Under the pieces are notes generated by a model. That model was not told the DNA's origin, searched no databases, and was given only the letters and a program-made list of their open reading frames with translations. Source: Macrostomum hystrix (Eukaryota; Animalia; Platyhelminthes). From it: 64,000 nt of DNA. The translations under genes were made by a program, and so were the position numbers. The stretch spans positions 4,836,001 to 4,900,000 of the forward strand of contig CATNEN010000002.1 in assembly GCA_950097015.1 (NCBI GenBank), read 5' to 3'. Positions 12,253-23,981 of this stretch are shown in pieces (within the stretch, counting starts at the first letter, position 1; each line of letters opens with the position of its first letter).

Positions 12253-12962
12253 GTATTTGAAATGACTCCGTGGTATTTTATTCAGGGGAAAAATAGCCTG
12301 GTATTCCTGCTATTAAGAAAAGACATTTCAAGAAGGATATCATGTCATTAGTTCCAATGGCAAAAGCAATCGAATCATTCACCCGAAAATGTGAGCAATG
12401 CATTACTAGACAGCATTCAATTATTTTTCTGCTATGCCTGCCGACAGACAAGGAAATGAAAATTAGATCTCAGACACACAGCGTCTCCCAGCTTTCTGAG
12501 CACACTCTGAGCACATCTATGAAAGGCAAGCAGATATTTAACCGAGCAAGAAAAGCAAGCGCACAGGGGAACAGAGGATGGAAGAAGATGCAGACCGCTC
12601 GGATACTGTTTTGATGAAGCGCGAGGAGGCTGAGCTAATGCACACGGGAGATGAGCAGTTTTTGACATCTGAAAATCGCTACAAAGCGCGCCACTCTGAT
12701 GCGTGGGCGGCCTGAGCAGCAATGACAGGTGCAATGCCTATCAAAAGAAATTTCTGAGCTCAATTCGCAGTTCCGTGCATCAGAGAATCTGTTTGAAATT
12801 TTCGTCAGGTCTCAGAGCTGTTTACGAGTCCGTCTCTCAGGGGCGGGTACGGAGGCCCGTAGGTTGGTATTGAAAAACAATTTCCGCTGTTTGGCCAACT
12901 GAAACAATTGCGCAACAATTAGCGAGAGAAAGAAGTTACTGAAGAACAGAAAAATGTGATTT

Positions 12963-13679
12963 TCAGGCTGTCTGCAGGCCGAAGCTGGACGAGTTGCTAA
13001 CGGCATCGGAGATGTCCGCCTGGCGCACCATCAAGTTGAACTGGTGCGGCTCCACTGTCCTGTCCGAGCTGGCGTTTTCGGCATTCACCTTCGCCGTGGC
13101 TGCCGCCGCTGAAGTAGCCGCAGCTACTTCGTCAACTGGGGAGGCTTCCTGTGAGCCTCCGAGTGCCGCCACGCCGGCCTGTCCATCGGCTTCCGTGTGC
13201 TCGTCGGCGTCTGTCTGCGACCTTCTTGACCCGTCGAGGATCGCCAGGTGTTGTAGAGCGCGTCGAATGTCCGGATGCAGCGTCAGGTAGACGACGGGTT
13301 TCAGGGCGAGCATCAGCGCAAGGCCGATGCTGGCGGTGTTGGCGACGGCTAGCAGCGCCAGGTTGACTCGCTGGTCACTCGGCTGAGCCAGGAACCTGCC
13401 GGCCATGGCCAGGGAAGTTGGCAGGCTGAGCGACTGGACGGCCACCAGCCATGCGGCCAGCCGCAGGTGACGTTGCATTTTCATTTTGCCCACGAGTTCC
13501 ACGGCTTCAACGCTGTGCGCCAGGGCGGCTGGTAGTGAGGAGGAAGCTGGCGTGGCGCTGTTGCTGGCTAGAGGCGTGGCGGACGTGGTGGCAGCGGCGG
13601 CGGCGCCAGCAGAGGTGGCCATTGCACTTCGGCGGGTATTGTCGATGTAGAATGCCGCTGCTACGGCGACTGGGGCGAT
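12963..13679 (-). CDS. Orphan GPCR, exon 2 (TM5-TM7, C-tail)
   Basis: Acceptor AATCAG|ATC in phase 0 gives SLVTQ|IAPVAVAAAFYI; TM6 RLAAWLVAVQSLSLP; TM7 ALKPVVY (NPxxY-like) followed by HPDIRRAL; total 528 aa. Confidence 0.75.
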   Translation of the reverse strand: MAPVAVAAAFYIDNTRRSAMATSAGAAAAATTSATPLASNSATPASSSLPAALAHSVEAVELVGKMKMQRHLRLAAWLVAVQSLSLPTSLAMAGRFLAQPSDQRVNLALLAVANTASIGLALMLALKPVVYLTLHPDIRRALQHLAILDGSRRSQTDADEHTEADGQAGVAALGGSQEASPVDEVAAATSAAAATAKVNAENASSDRTVEPHQFNLMVRQADISDAVSNSSSFGLQTA

Positions 13680-13847
13680 CTGATTCGAGAAGATTGAGCG
13701 GTACGAGCTAGTAGCTAATTTTTCTCTAATTGACTGACGATGAGAAACGTGAGGTGCATGCAATGGTTCTTCACCAGTTTAATTAGGCTCTATATAACCA
13801 CAAGCTCGGCTGTTGAGCGCAACCATCTAAATGACCAACTCGCCTAC

Positions 13848-14717
13848 CTGTGTGACCAGCGACAAGCAGAACAGGAAGCGAGCCACGGCTGGCTCGTCGG
13901 ACAGCAGCACGGGCAGGCTGGACCATAGACGATGGCTGTAGCCGAAAGCCAGATGCCGGCACTCGAACAGCACGAGATACCAGATGTTTCCGCCGAGGCT
14001 GAAGAAGGCCACGAAGCTGGGATAGATGAAGATGCCGCACGGTGCGGCCCCGATCACGCTGTCATAGTGGCGAGGTCGAGCGAAGCGCATCAGGCTGGCC
14101 AGCATGAGCAGGTCCATTGTCAGGCACGACTGGCTGATGTAGGAGCGAAAGCGACACATTAGTGCCGGTCCGAGTGCCTCGACGAGGTCGGCGGTGGACG
14201 CTGCCTCGTGCCCGGGCAGGGACGGAGCTAGGTAGTCGCCGACGAGGCAGCTGACGGCCAGGACTAGGTCTGAGGCGGCGTTCATGCAGATGCTGATGAC
14301 GCCGAAGTCGGATAGTCGGATCCTGCCGGCGTGCAGCAGCCAGAGCACCAGGCCGTTCAGCAGCACGGAGGCCAGCAGGGCTGTAGCCGTCAGTGACACC
14401 ACGGCCAGGGTGTAGGGACTCGACCTCCAGTGCTGCGGCCGCGGCATGCCCCGGCAACTGCCGGGGGGGTCGATGGACTCAGCGATGAGCGTGGCCTGGT
14501 GGGCGCCATCGCCGGACGGATAGTGGCACTGCAGCAGCGGGATGAGAATGCGCGGCGGCGCTTGCGGAGGCGGCGATGGCTGCGGCGGTGGGCGAGGCCG
14601 ACGTCGAAGTGTCAGCTGATCACCGCCCAGGAGCCGGTAGGATCCGCTGGAGGCATTGCTGAACGCATCGACGACAGCAGTGGCGGACAGAATGATTAGA
14701 AGCGTTGTCGGAGACAT
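13848..14717 (-). CDS. Orphan class A-like GPCR, exon 1 (signal peptide, TM1-TM5 start)
   Basis: MSPTTLLIILSATAVVDAF signal-like start; hydrophobic segments LAVVSLTATALLASVLLNGLVLWLL, MNAASDLVLAVSCLV and LMCRF (TM3 Cys); donor CAG|GTAGGC at 13848/13847. Confidence 0.75.
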
Positions 14718-15284
14718 AACAACCGGCTTGTTATTGTCCCCAGGTAGAAAGTTAAATAAAAGACCTGCAACAGCCGGTTTTCAATACGCACCCGTCTTCA
14801 AAGGGCTGCTCAGCCTATTTACCTGGCCAATTCAAGCGTTACGGGAAACAAAAAACAGCAGAAACAAAAAAAAAGGGCTCGCAGGATCTGGCCAGAGATA
14901 CTGAGGCTACAGTGCGAGCTCTTCTCTGAACGCTCTCGCTTTAAATTCAATGCATTGCCGACAAATTTAGACTCAGGTGGGGGCCGCGAGAGAGACGAGA
15001 TTCCATCTGTGCAGGCAGCCGATTCGCTGGGCCAAATCGCCCTTTCAGCCTCCGCCTCATCCCCTGCCAGTTGTCCTCAGTCAGTGAAGCACGATTAGCC
15101 TTGCCGGTGCACCTGCTGCTCTGAAATCTGCAGGCAGGCGACTCATCTATGCTCCTGGAGGGCCGCCCGATTGTTACATTCAAAATTTGCTGCGAAACTG
15201 CTTTCGATGAGCAGATTTACCACCCCCGCTGCAATCATTTGTCCCATTTCTAGTCTGTTCTGAATGGAATGATTATAGTGTTTA

Positions 15285-15646
15285 AGATAGGGGGTGGTGG
15301 CAGAGCGTTTGCTTCTCGCACCAATGTCCCTGAGCTCGATTCCGCGGCAAGGCCACGTTAATTTGGGGCGCAGCCACGGAGAGAAGGCTTGGGGGCTTGT
15401 CGTGAAATTTACGCCCATGTGAGCCCACCTCTAAGGCACAGTGAAAGTGTACACTGCCTGATGATTAGAAAGTCAGGGCAGATGTACACTCCCCGTGTGA
15501 GCGTGTGCCTGCTTACGGTATCTGTGTGCGTGTGTGCTCAGGAGTCAGCGAAATGAGGAGAATTGCCTCGTCATCGGGAGAAAAGCTGCGGGTCAAGTGT
15601 CACCAAATTATGTTCCGTTGCCCGCTGCCCTCCTTCAAATATTATT
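15285..15646 (+). mobile_element. tRNA-derived SINE (family A), sense copy
   Basis: AGGGGGTGGTGGCAGAGCG...GTCCCTGAGCTCGATTCCGCGG, shared body AGAAAGTCAGGGCAGATGTACAC, (ATT)n tail; 13-bp TSD ATTATAGTGTTTA at 15272-15284 and 15647-15659. Confidence 0.9.
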
Positions 15647-16419
15647 ATTATAGTGTTTACGATTCATTGGAACTGGCCTTGACCTCACACACATACACAT
15701 ATGGAGTCCTCTTTGATCCCAGCCAAATATCCTTCAATCAGTAGAGTTTGCGAGAAAGGTAGAGAGTGAGAGAGAGGGGTCGGACTCCAGCCGCTGATCT
15801 CTAGTATAGGAGGGCTTGTCGGATATGATCCCATCTGCTGAGCATAGCTGAGCACATCAATACTTTAAGAGCTCGGGCTTAGTCACAGGGATGTAGAGAT
15901 AGAATGAAAGGGATAAAAAATTCTCCTATTTTTTTTTTAGATTCGGCAATTTTTCCCAGGGATGACGACTGAGTCGCTCCGTTTCATTTGCTAGTCCGTG
16001 TTCGTGCACGGATTTACATTAATTTCTGGAAGAAATGTAGGGCTCATTTTTTATCGACGGCTCGCCTCAACAGCTTATTTGGGCGCTGGGACGCTATTTG
16101 GGACAACAATTTCCATAGGGATTTCGATTAGAAAGAGGACGAAAATATTGACGCGTTTCAATTTTTGGGATTAAATGATCCTAAACCAGATTATTTTTTT
16201 ACCTGAGATGCAGATGCGGAGGAAATTAAAACTTGTTTCATTGTTTTTAATTATGAAATCAAAAAAGAAGCTTTATTTAACTCTTTTCACTCAGTCACGA
16301 CAACTATTTTACTGGAATACATAGTGAAACGAACTATTCAAAATCATTTTGATTTTTCCTTTAGTGAGAACCCAATACCTCACAGTATCTAAATGTTTTT
16401 ATGATGTGTACAATCCACA

Positions 16420-16545
16420 ATATCTAACATGTTCTGTCCACAATGTCTAACATGTTCTGTCAAAAATGTCTAACATGTTCTGTCAGCAATGTCTAACATG
16501 TTTTCTACACAATTTCTAACATGTTCTATCAGCAATGCCTAATAT
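16420..16545. repeat. Degenerate ~20-21-nt repeat (AATGTCTAACATGTTCTGTC)
   Basis: About 6 copies immediately 5' of the LINE; related motifs resume at ~18860. Confidence 0.8.
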
Positions 16546-16557
16546 GTGATACCCACA

Positions 16558-18829
16558 ATGCCTACCAGCGGCAGGTCCAAGCGTGGGCAGCGAAGTATGC
16601 GTCGACAAGATGAGCGTCGGCGTGAACGAAATCGACGAGGCTGGCTGCGACGTGCCGCCCGTCGAAATGTTGCCATCGTCGGTCCCTCAGACTCTCCGGG
16701 TAGCGCCCGGAACCGTGAGGCTCAATGGTATCGAGCCGCAGCCTTACCAAAAGGCAAGCTTCGGGTCAAGACACTGAACTGCCACACTCTTAAGGTTGAC
16801 TGGCGGAGAGGCGCGCTGGCGAACTTGGCATCTGACTTAAGCAGTGTCATTATTTCTCTGCAGGAGGTGTCCATCAGGGCGGAACCAGGGCTCCACTGTG
16901 AAGATCTGGGAGCCCGTTGGGCTCTCTAATATTCAACGGGGGGGCAAACGAGGCCCTGGTGGAGTTGGAGCGCTGATCGTGCCGAGGCCACAGCAGTGCT
17001 GTCGCTGTCTTTCCCTGTCTGACCGGGTGCTTCGTGTTGATGCCAGGGCCCCTGTCACTCCTCCTGATGAGGCTAAAGGCTTCTTTGAGAAACTCTCTGC
17101 GCTGGTGGGGGGAGATGGCGCACCGCGACACTGTGGCCGTTCTTGGAGACCTGAGCGCTTCTGGAGGTCAAGGCGGTCGCTTTTTCTCACGCCACGTGAG
17201 AGCGGCAACGCCGGAGCGCAGGAAGATTTTCTAGAGAGGCATAACAGGTATCGGACAACACCCGCTTCTGCAAGCCACTGGGCAGTTCGCGACCTTCGTG
17301 GGCTGCATACCGCGCGCGGCCTGAACGCTACACGACGGCTGGCACAATTGGACCACTTGCTGCTGCGCAATCGTGAGCGCCGCCGCATCGCAAATTGCCG
17401 CAAAATCACGCCGCTAGTCCTGCAGTCCGATCACCGGCTCCTCGTCTGCGACTCCGCGGCCTCCGCGGCGCTACTACCGCGCGCTAAGGGATGCTAAACA
17501 CATGCCGCCGTTTCGGCAGCGCTATTATCACCGCGCTGGGCGGCAAGTGTGGAAGCGCCGAGTATGCAGAGGTCAGTGCTGCAGTTCGAGCCACGGCGGA
17601 GTTCTGCTGATGTGACCGGCCCAACGTGAGCAGCAGGCCTCGCAGAGCAACCCCACGATCCAGCAAGCGAAGAAAGAGCTTGAGAGGCTCCATTCGAGCA
17701 GGCAACCTACACGACGCGAGGCAGAGGAGCCCCTGCAAACTGTCTTCGCGCAGCGGCAGCAAGCCGCCGTAGAAGACCCTATCAAGGCCGTTTCTGCCGC
17801 TGGGCCCGACGATAAAGGTTGACTGGGCTGGTCCGCGATCTATGCTCTGACGGGGTGAAAACGGCGCCTTAACCTGAACTCTGGACGAGCGCCGCAACAA
17901 GCTACGCGAGTTCTTCGCCGCCGCTGTTAACGCGCTGGATAATGCAGCCCGTGCTGGATCCGTACCTGCGCCCTGAGCTGAGTCGACTAACGACGGTTTT
18001 CTGTTGCGGCAACGCATGGGACGACACAACCGGAGAGGCGGCTTAGCTTGCTTGGCTACGCTGACGATCTCGCCCTGCTGTATCGACTGTCGAGGGCGCT
18101 GGACAAGCTGGTTGCCATTGCTGTGGGCGTCGTCCTGGTGGTCAACACGGAAAATACCCTCGTGCTCTGCATGCCGGGCGACACCGAGGTCGTAATCTTC
18201 TGCCTAGGCGCTGATGGGCAGGTTACAGAACTACCGCGCTGTCAGTAGTTCCCCTAAATCGGAGATCTGGTGCCGGACGTCCGCTAGGATCTGCGGCGCC
18301 GCCGCGGGCTTTCCTGGGCAGCCTTCGGTTCTGTATGGGTTATCCTGCAGTCCGTGGCCCTACCTGAACGCCAGAGGGCCGCGCTGCTTCAGGCGCTGGT
18401 CGTGATGATCGTCCTGCTTTACAACGCCGAGACATGGACCCTGACGGAGGCGCTGGAGCGTCAAGTCGATGCAGCGCACTGTGGCCTGCTGTGTTTCGAA
18501 TCGGCTTTGATAAGCGCAACACCAACACGGGACTTTTTCGCCGCGCCTGCGTGGCCCGCCAAAGTGACCTTCGGCGCCGTCTGCGACCACAGCCACCTGA
18601 TCCGCGCCGAGGTGTTCTGCCCCCAGCCTGCGCAAGAGGTGCTGCTCACACTGCAGGCTCCCCTTCGGCGGGGGCAGGCGCAAACTCGGCGGTACGTCGA
18701 CTGCCTGTTAACCGACTCCGGCGCCCCGGACACTGCTGTAGGCCTTGTCTACGTGCACGCGCAGGCCTTGAAACATGCCTTCTGAAGCCTTAGACCTAAC
18801 ACTGACGTATATTGTAGTTGTTGTTGTTG
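16558..18829 (+). mobile_element. Degenerate, internally deleted RTE-clade-like non-LTR retrotransposon (APE endonuclease plus RT remnants)
   Basis: KLRVKTLNCHTL...ISLQEV (APE N-terminus), QLDHLL...QSDHRLL (APE C-terminus), LGYADDLALL (RT YADD), VLLYNAETWTLT (RTE-type thumb region), (GTT)n tail at ~18812-18829; several frameshifts and stops. Confidence 0.85.
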
Positions 18830-20949
18830 AAAATGTGCTATAGATTTGTTATATATGTGTTGTCTAACATGCTGTGACAATGTTTAACACGTGTTCTTCA
18901 CATAATTTATTATCGAAAAATCGATATTTTGTGTTGATGTCTTAGTTTAAGCGATAAATCAGCAGAGTTTTTAGAGTACTCTACTAACTAGCGCTTTGCT
19001 AGTAGTATTTTGTGTACATTCAGATATATTCTGCGATAATTCAAGTGTAACATACAGCGTTTTCTGTCAATAATATTGTAGTGAGCCACTGTTTAGGGGC
19101 CTATTGGCATCTCACTAGCTGTCAGTTGCCCCACCTGCTAGCTAGCTAGCTTAGGTGCCTGTCGTCGGCACTGAGTGACTGCCCGGCCGCCTGCCTCTGG
19201 CGCTGTCTGGTCTGTCCCTCTCTGCTCCGCCTGCCCCTTGGCCGCGCCTGCACTTTGGGTGTGCTTTCTCTACCCTGGACAGGGATGAGTCATCACCTCT
19301 TTGTCCTGCGCAGGCGTCTCTTTGTTCTCCCTTCCCCTCTTTCTTGTGTGCGCCTGTCTGGCGTCAGCCATCGCGTGTTTCACCACTTTGTCTTCTGGTG
19401 CCTCAATTAGGAGCCAGAGCCTACGTAAGAGTGACGTTTTGCACGCCACAGACTTCCGTTTCCTAACTTGGTCGACAGAACTAAAGGTTCCAAGGAGTGC
19501 GGAATTGGTCAATAGCCTGTTAAATCGAAAGTGTCCTGAAACGCTATATAAGCAGTGGTCCTTGGGAAACATCGCCAAACCATTCTACGAAACAAAACTT
19601 CAACAAATCAGCAATAATGAAGTTCAAAGAATTGCTGAACAAATATAGACTCGGGATCAACTCGGATACGAAAAGCATCAGTATCTGAGAGTGGTATCTA
19701 GCAGACCTGCCTGGCATGGAGCTCACTAACAGTCAGTTTCATCACCTTGCCAGCCTGAAAGATCGTCTAGATGAGCTCGCGGACCAGAAAAGAGGCGTGC
19801 AATGGCTTCTGTGCGGCAACAGGCAAGTATAATATACAATGGCTTGATCTCACTCTGGCACCTTCCTATTGTGCTGTGACTGCCGGAGTACATAAGGTAC
19901 GCCTTAAGGCACGCCTTGCACTCGACCAGCTGTTGCAAGTACCAGTCTGACAGCCGCCGGAGTGGGACGACCACTAGGAGGCCTTCCAAGCACTTTCTTT
20001 CCAACCGTCTTTAGGGCTGGGTGACCCTCGGAATGGTGCTTGCAGGAATCAATTCGATTGAAAGCCAGGCAGGGAGGCAAGTCGATACTACGGGAAAGCT
20101 ATGCTAGCTCAGGAGATGGTGTGAGGCACTCGCGACGAGAGAAGCCGAGTTAGGGTTGGGCCGGCAGGGCGGCGCAATTCAATATTTCGACGGGGAACAC
20201 GCGCCTGCGATCACGAACAATCGTTACACAAATTCATTCCGGAAAGGAAAATATGCACGGCTAGGCGGGGCCAACACAGTGACAGCGTCACAGTCTAGTA
20301 GTGCTTTTTACGTGTAACGGTGTAAGTAGTGTGATATTTAAGTTTTTTAAGCATTAATCAGTTGTCTTAAAGTCGGCAAAAAATCGACACTAGTAATAAA
20401 ATAAAAAGTGCTTAAAATGAAGTTTTTTCAATTGGGACTTAGCAAAGTGATCAACAAGCTTTTGAAATTTATATAGTACTGTACGAGTACATAGTGAAGA
20501 CTTTATCTTTCACCATCTCAAAACCCCCAAAATGCTTTCAGTCGAATCACGATCCGCGAACACGTTTTACTTTGAATATTTGATCAATTTCCCTTAGCCC
20601 TTTAGAAATCCTATTTTTCCAAATTTCTCTTTCCCACGAATAATATAATTTAACAACGATCTCAGACTCTGCCACTGAACCGGTACACATATTTTATTTC
20701 TATTTGAATCTACACACTCGTTAGGAACAATGAATCTAAATGTCTTTCGCAGTCGCCTTCACATTTCATTACCCAGAATGCTCAATCAGCGATTATATGA
20801 CATTGCTATGCACTTTTGGTGACATTAAGACGCGCGTCAATGTCCTTTTGCGTATTTATGTCGCCCTAGTTCATAGACTAAAGTTTAGTAGACCACATTC
20901 AATGAAAAGCTTAGTCAAAGATATTTGCCTGTTAGCCCACACCCCCTTC

Positions 20950-22440
20950 TCACACTTGCTGCCTCTTAGGGTCTTTGAGTTTCCCGTCGCTGATTGCTGC
21001 ACCGTAAGCGGCAATACAGCGCTGCAAAGCTGCTTGCACAACTTACCTGGCTGAATCGCTGCAGCAAATTTACGCTGAAGGTCTTTGCCAACTCCTTTCA
21101 GTTGGAAATAGGATTTGTCAGTGCCAAGAAAGATTTGCTCTGCATGATCCTGACGGCAGATACCAACTTGTCACTTGGATAAGTCAGACTGGACACAGCG
21201 GTTCAAATTGATGACGAGTCTGCAGGAATTGGCAGCAGTCTGCAATTCTGACGTGCATTCGCCGCATGGAGCATCCGAACAAGAAGTCAGATGTCCGCGT
21301 AGCAACCACCCTGCAACCTAAGAAAGCTTCTCATCTTCGATTCCATTTCCATTTGACTCAAGCAACTCAGAAAAATGTGAATCTGAGGTGACTTCGCACA
21401 ACGAAGATTGACTGTCGACATTCTGGCGCTGGTCGCGGTTTCCTGCTGGCTGCGCCACACAGTTGAGCACAGTTGTCTCCACCACAATTTTGGCTGAGGG
21501 TTGCAACTTAGCAGCTGATTAACAGCAAGAGATCTTAATGCCGCAACTGCCTCTCTGCACTCTGGGCGATCGTTAAAGCTACCTGACGTTGGATGCCCGA
21601 AAAGCCGTTTTCAACATAGTCCTGAGTTAGGTTGCGGACCAACAGCTTGTTAGTGCCGTTCTGCGCAATAACAGAAGATGCAATCGACCGAATTGAATTG
21701 AGGCCGAACTGCCAGCAAATATGAAATTTGACATAGTTTGAGCTCGAGCCATTCGATTTTCGAAGCTAAGCGATGCCAGGGCTAAGGGAAATTGATCAAA
21801 TATTCAACGTAAAATATTCAAACTGACGATTTCCCTTTGCTTATCCACCAGGTTCTGAGCAAGTGACGTGAGTCCATTTGAAAGATTGAAAAGCTTGTCT
21901 ACTAGTTCACCAATTCGGGCTGTATGCAGTGCAGAAGCAGATTGAATGACTTCATGAGCGTGGTAGGTCCTTAGAGCCTGCGCCATTGTTCGAGACAACA
22001 CCTGCACTTCCAATTTGACACTCATATTTTTCCCAACAGGCAAACTGAAGTGCGCATCAGTCAACTTTGGGACGAGGCGAAGCTGATCAGACTTAATAAG
22101 TCCAAAGCTTGCAGCAGCAGCAATTTCATTCCATTTGGCAACGCAGCGCCTACCATCGTCATCGAACACAACATCATATCGCTTAAGAGCATTTCGCATC
22201 TTACGTAATAGTCTTTTTAAACTTATGCTTCTTCATAGGATTAGTAGTTTGTGCGTATCTATATTTCTACGCAGTTTTATTTCATGAAATCGCTGATTGA
22301 GCATTCCAGGTAAGTTCTGTGGTCGCTTCTCAAAGATAACTCGAAAAAGTCCATGCTTAAATGGCAAAGGTTTACTGGCTCATTTGGTGACGGTTGACCC
22401 GAAGAAGGCGATGAAGCGATTGTGCCCTTTCGGTTTACTG
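20950..22440 (-). pseudogene. P-element / THAP9-like DNA transposase relic
   Basis: Minus-strand frames give KLTDAHFSLPVGKNMSVKLEVQVLSRTMAQAL...ELVDKLFNLSN, LTQDYVENGFSGI, *VAGWLLRGH...CGECTSEL and LTYPSDKLV, in the order typical of P-superfamily transposases; stops and frameshifts; no TIRs found. Confidence 0.75.
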
Positions 22441-22446
22441 GTGAGC

Positions 22447-22624
22447 ATACGCTCACACAGGTGTGTACATCTGCCCTGACTTTCTCATCATCAGACAGTG
22501 AACACTGTGCCTTGGAGGTTGTCCCTCATAGGCGAAAATTGCACGACAAGCCAACAAGCCTTCTCTCCGCGGCTGCGCCACAAATGAATGTGGCCTCGCC
22601 GCGGAATCGAGCTCAGGGACCTTG
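22447..22624 (-). mobile_element. Truncated SINE family A copy
   Basis: ATACGCTCACACAGGTGTGTACATCTGCCCTGACTTTCT...GCGGAATCGAGCTCAGGGAC shared with 1755-1925. Confidence 0.85.
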
Positions 22625-22874
22625 AAAAATACAATGGCAATTTATTCTTACAAGTTATATCTTTAAAATGAAATAAAAAGCAAGCCAACCAAGCCAACAC
22701 TGATGACATCCTGATAATTGATGGCAAGAAATATATATTCAAATGAAATTTTATCCTCTTCTTGTTTTCATGAATAGTTCGTTCATAAATAGTGTCACTC
22801 AGTCATCCTAATCTTAGTTAAATTAGATAAATTTTTTTCCTACAATTAATTGCTTTCTTATAAATAATTAATTC

Positions 22875-22950
22875 GGGAGTGAGTGGATCAGCGGCTAATG
22901 TCGCTGCCTCACTTTCCAATGGTCGCTGGTTCGTTCCTCCCTCCAAGTCA
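22875..22950 (+). mobile_element. Possible tRNA-derived SINE head of a third family
   Basis: A-box-like TGGATCAGCGG and B-box-like GGTTCGTTCC at tRNA spacing; no clear tail or TSD. Confidence 0.4.
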
Positions 22951-23981
22951 CGATCATTTCGGGGCTTAGTTGGAGGTTTGCGAAGTAGTGACTTGCGGAG
23001 ATGCGCATTATTCTGTGCAACCAAAGCTAATTAAAAAATAGCTTAACCCCTGCCTTCTGCATGTCTGCTTGTTTGTGTTTGTGTTTGTGCGTTGGGCTCG
23101 GTGAGGCATTGTATGGGGGTGGGGCGGGTGTGCGCCAGCCATGCGTGCTCTGAGCGGCGAGGTTTCACCAGCCGTCTGCGCGCGTGGCTTGGTCCTCTCG
23201 TCCCTACCCTTCAGGCATCTAAGTCCTCCCTTGGTTTGGTCTGCTCTGTGCGTGTGCGGGCCTGGGGTGAGAGGCACTCCGGCTACCGCCCCCTTCCCCG
23301 CTTGGCTTGGTGCTGTGTGTGAGGTGCCAGGGTGTGTCCAGGGGTCCAGATGGCGGGATGGGCGACTCCCGCCTAGTTCGCCCGCCTGGGGGCATGCTGT
23401 TCCTGCGCTTGTGCGACAAGTGCCCTAGGCCCTCCTGCAATTAAGTATGTAAAAAATAATTCATTCAAGTACGAACTGATAGTTATTAAAACCTGACTGT
23501 GTGCCTGAGCCCTGAAAATAGGAATCTATACATTAAATAAGCCTGGCTTAAAATTGGACCGAATTCTCACCTGTTAACAGGCTATACAAAATTATAGAAA
23601 ATTCTCTCCTGTTAGAAGAATTTAATTACAGTACCAATTCCTCCATCAACATCTTTTACTTTTCTCATATTGATCAGAATCCTATTCTCAGAATTCTCCC
23701 ATGCTGAAACGAATTCTCACTATTTAGAAAGAATTCTGGCTTTATAGACAGAACTGAAATGTCGCAAGCAATAGCAGCAGCTAGCCAACAACAATGAGCA
23801 ACTCGGAGCAGAGAGGCATCTTGAAATGGCTTCCAATTGGCTGAGCTGAGTTATAAATACTTGGTTTTTATTCAGTGGAAAGCTTAAACAAACTTGGCTG
23901 CAATTGAAAATCTAAGCGCTTAACGCACCTTACAATTTTTTTCCCTTTCTAAATTTGCTGTTACGTGTCCTGCTTTTCCCG

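Noticed and set aside
19270-20200. ORF fragments vaguely like a YqaJ nuclease or LINE C-terminus
   Set aside because: No convincing motif; multiple stops; cannot assign without a search
23045-23440. GC-rich island as a possible MITE
   Set aside because: No terminal inverted repeats or TSD found
23852-23876. TATAAATA plus TCAGT as the core promoter of ANK-cGLR
   Set aside because: TATA-Inr spacing (~22 nt) is shorter than canonical and such motifs are common in AT-rich DNA
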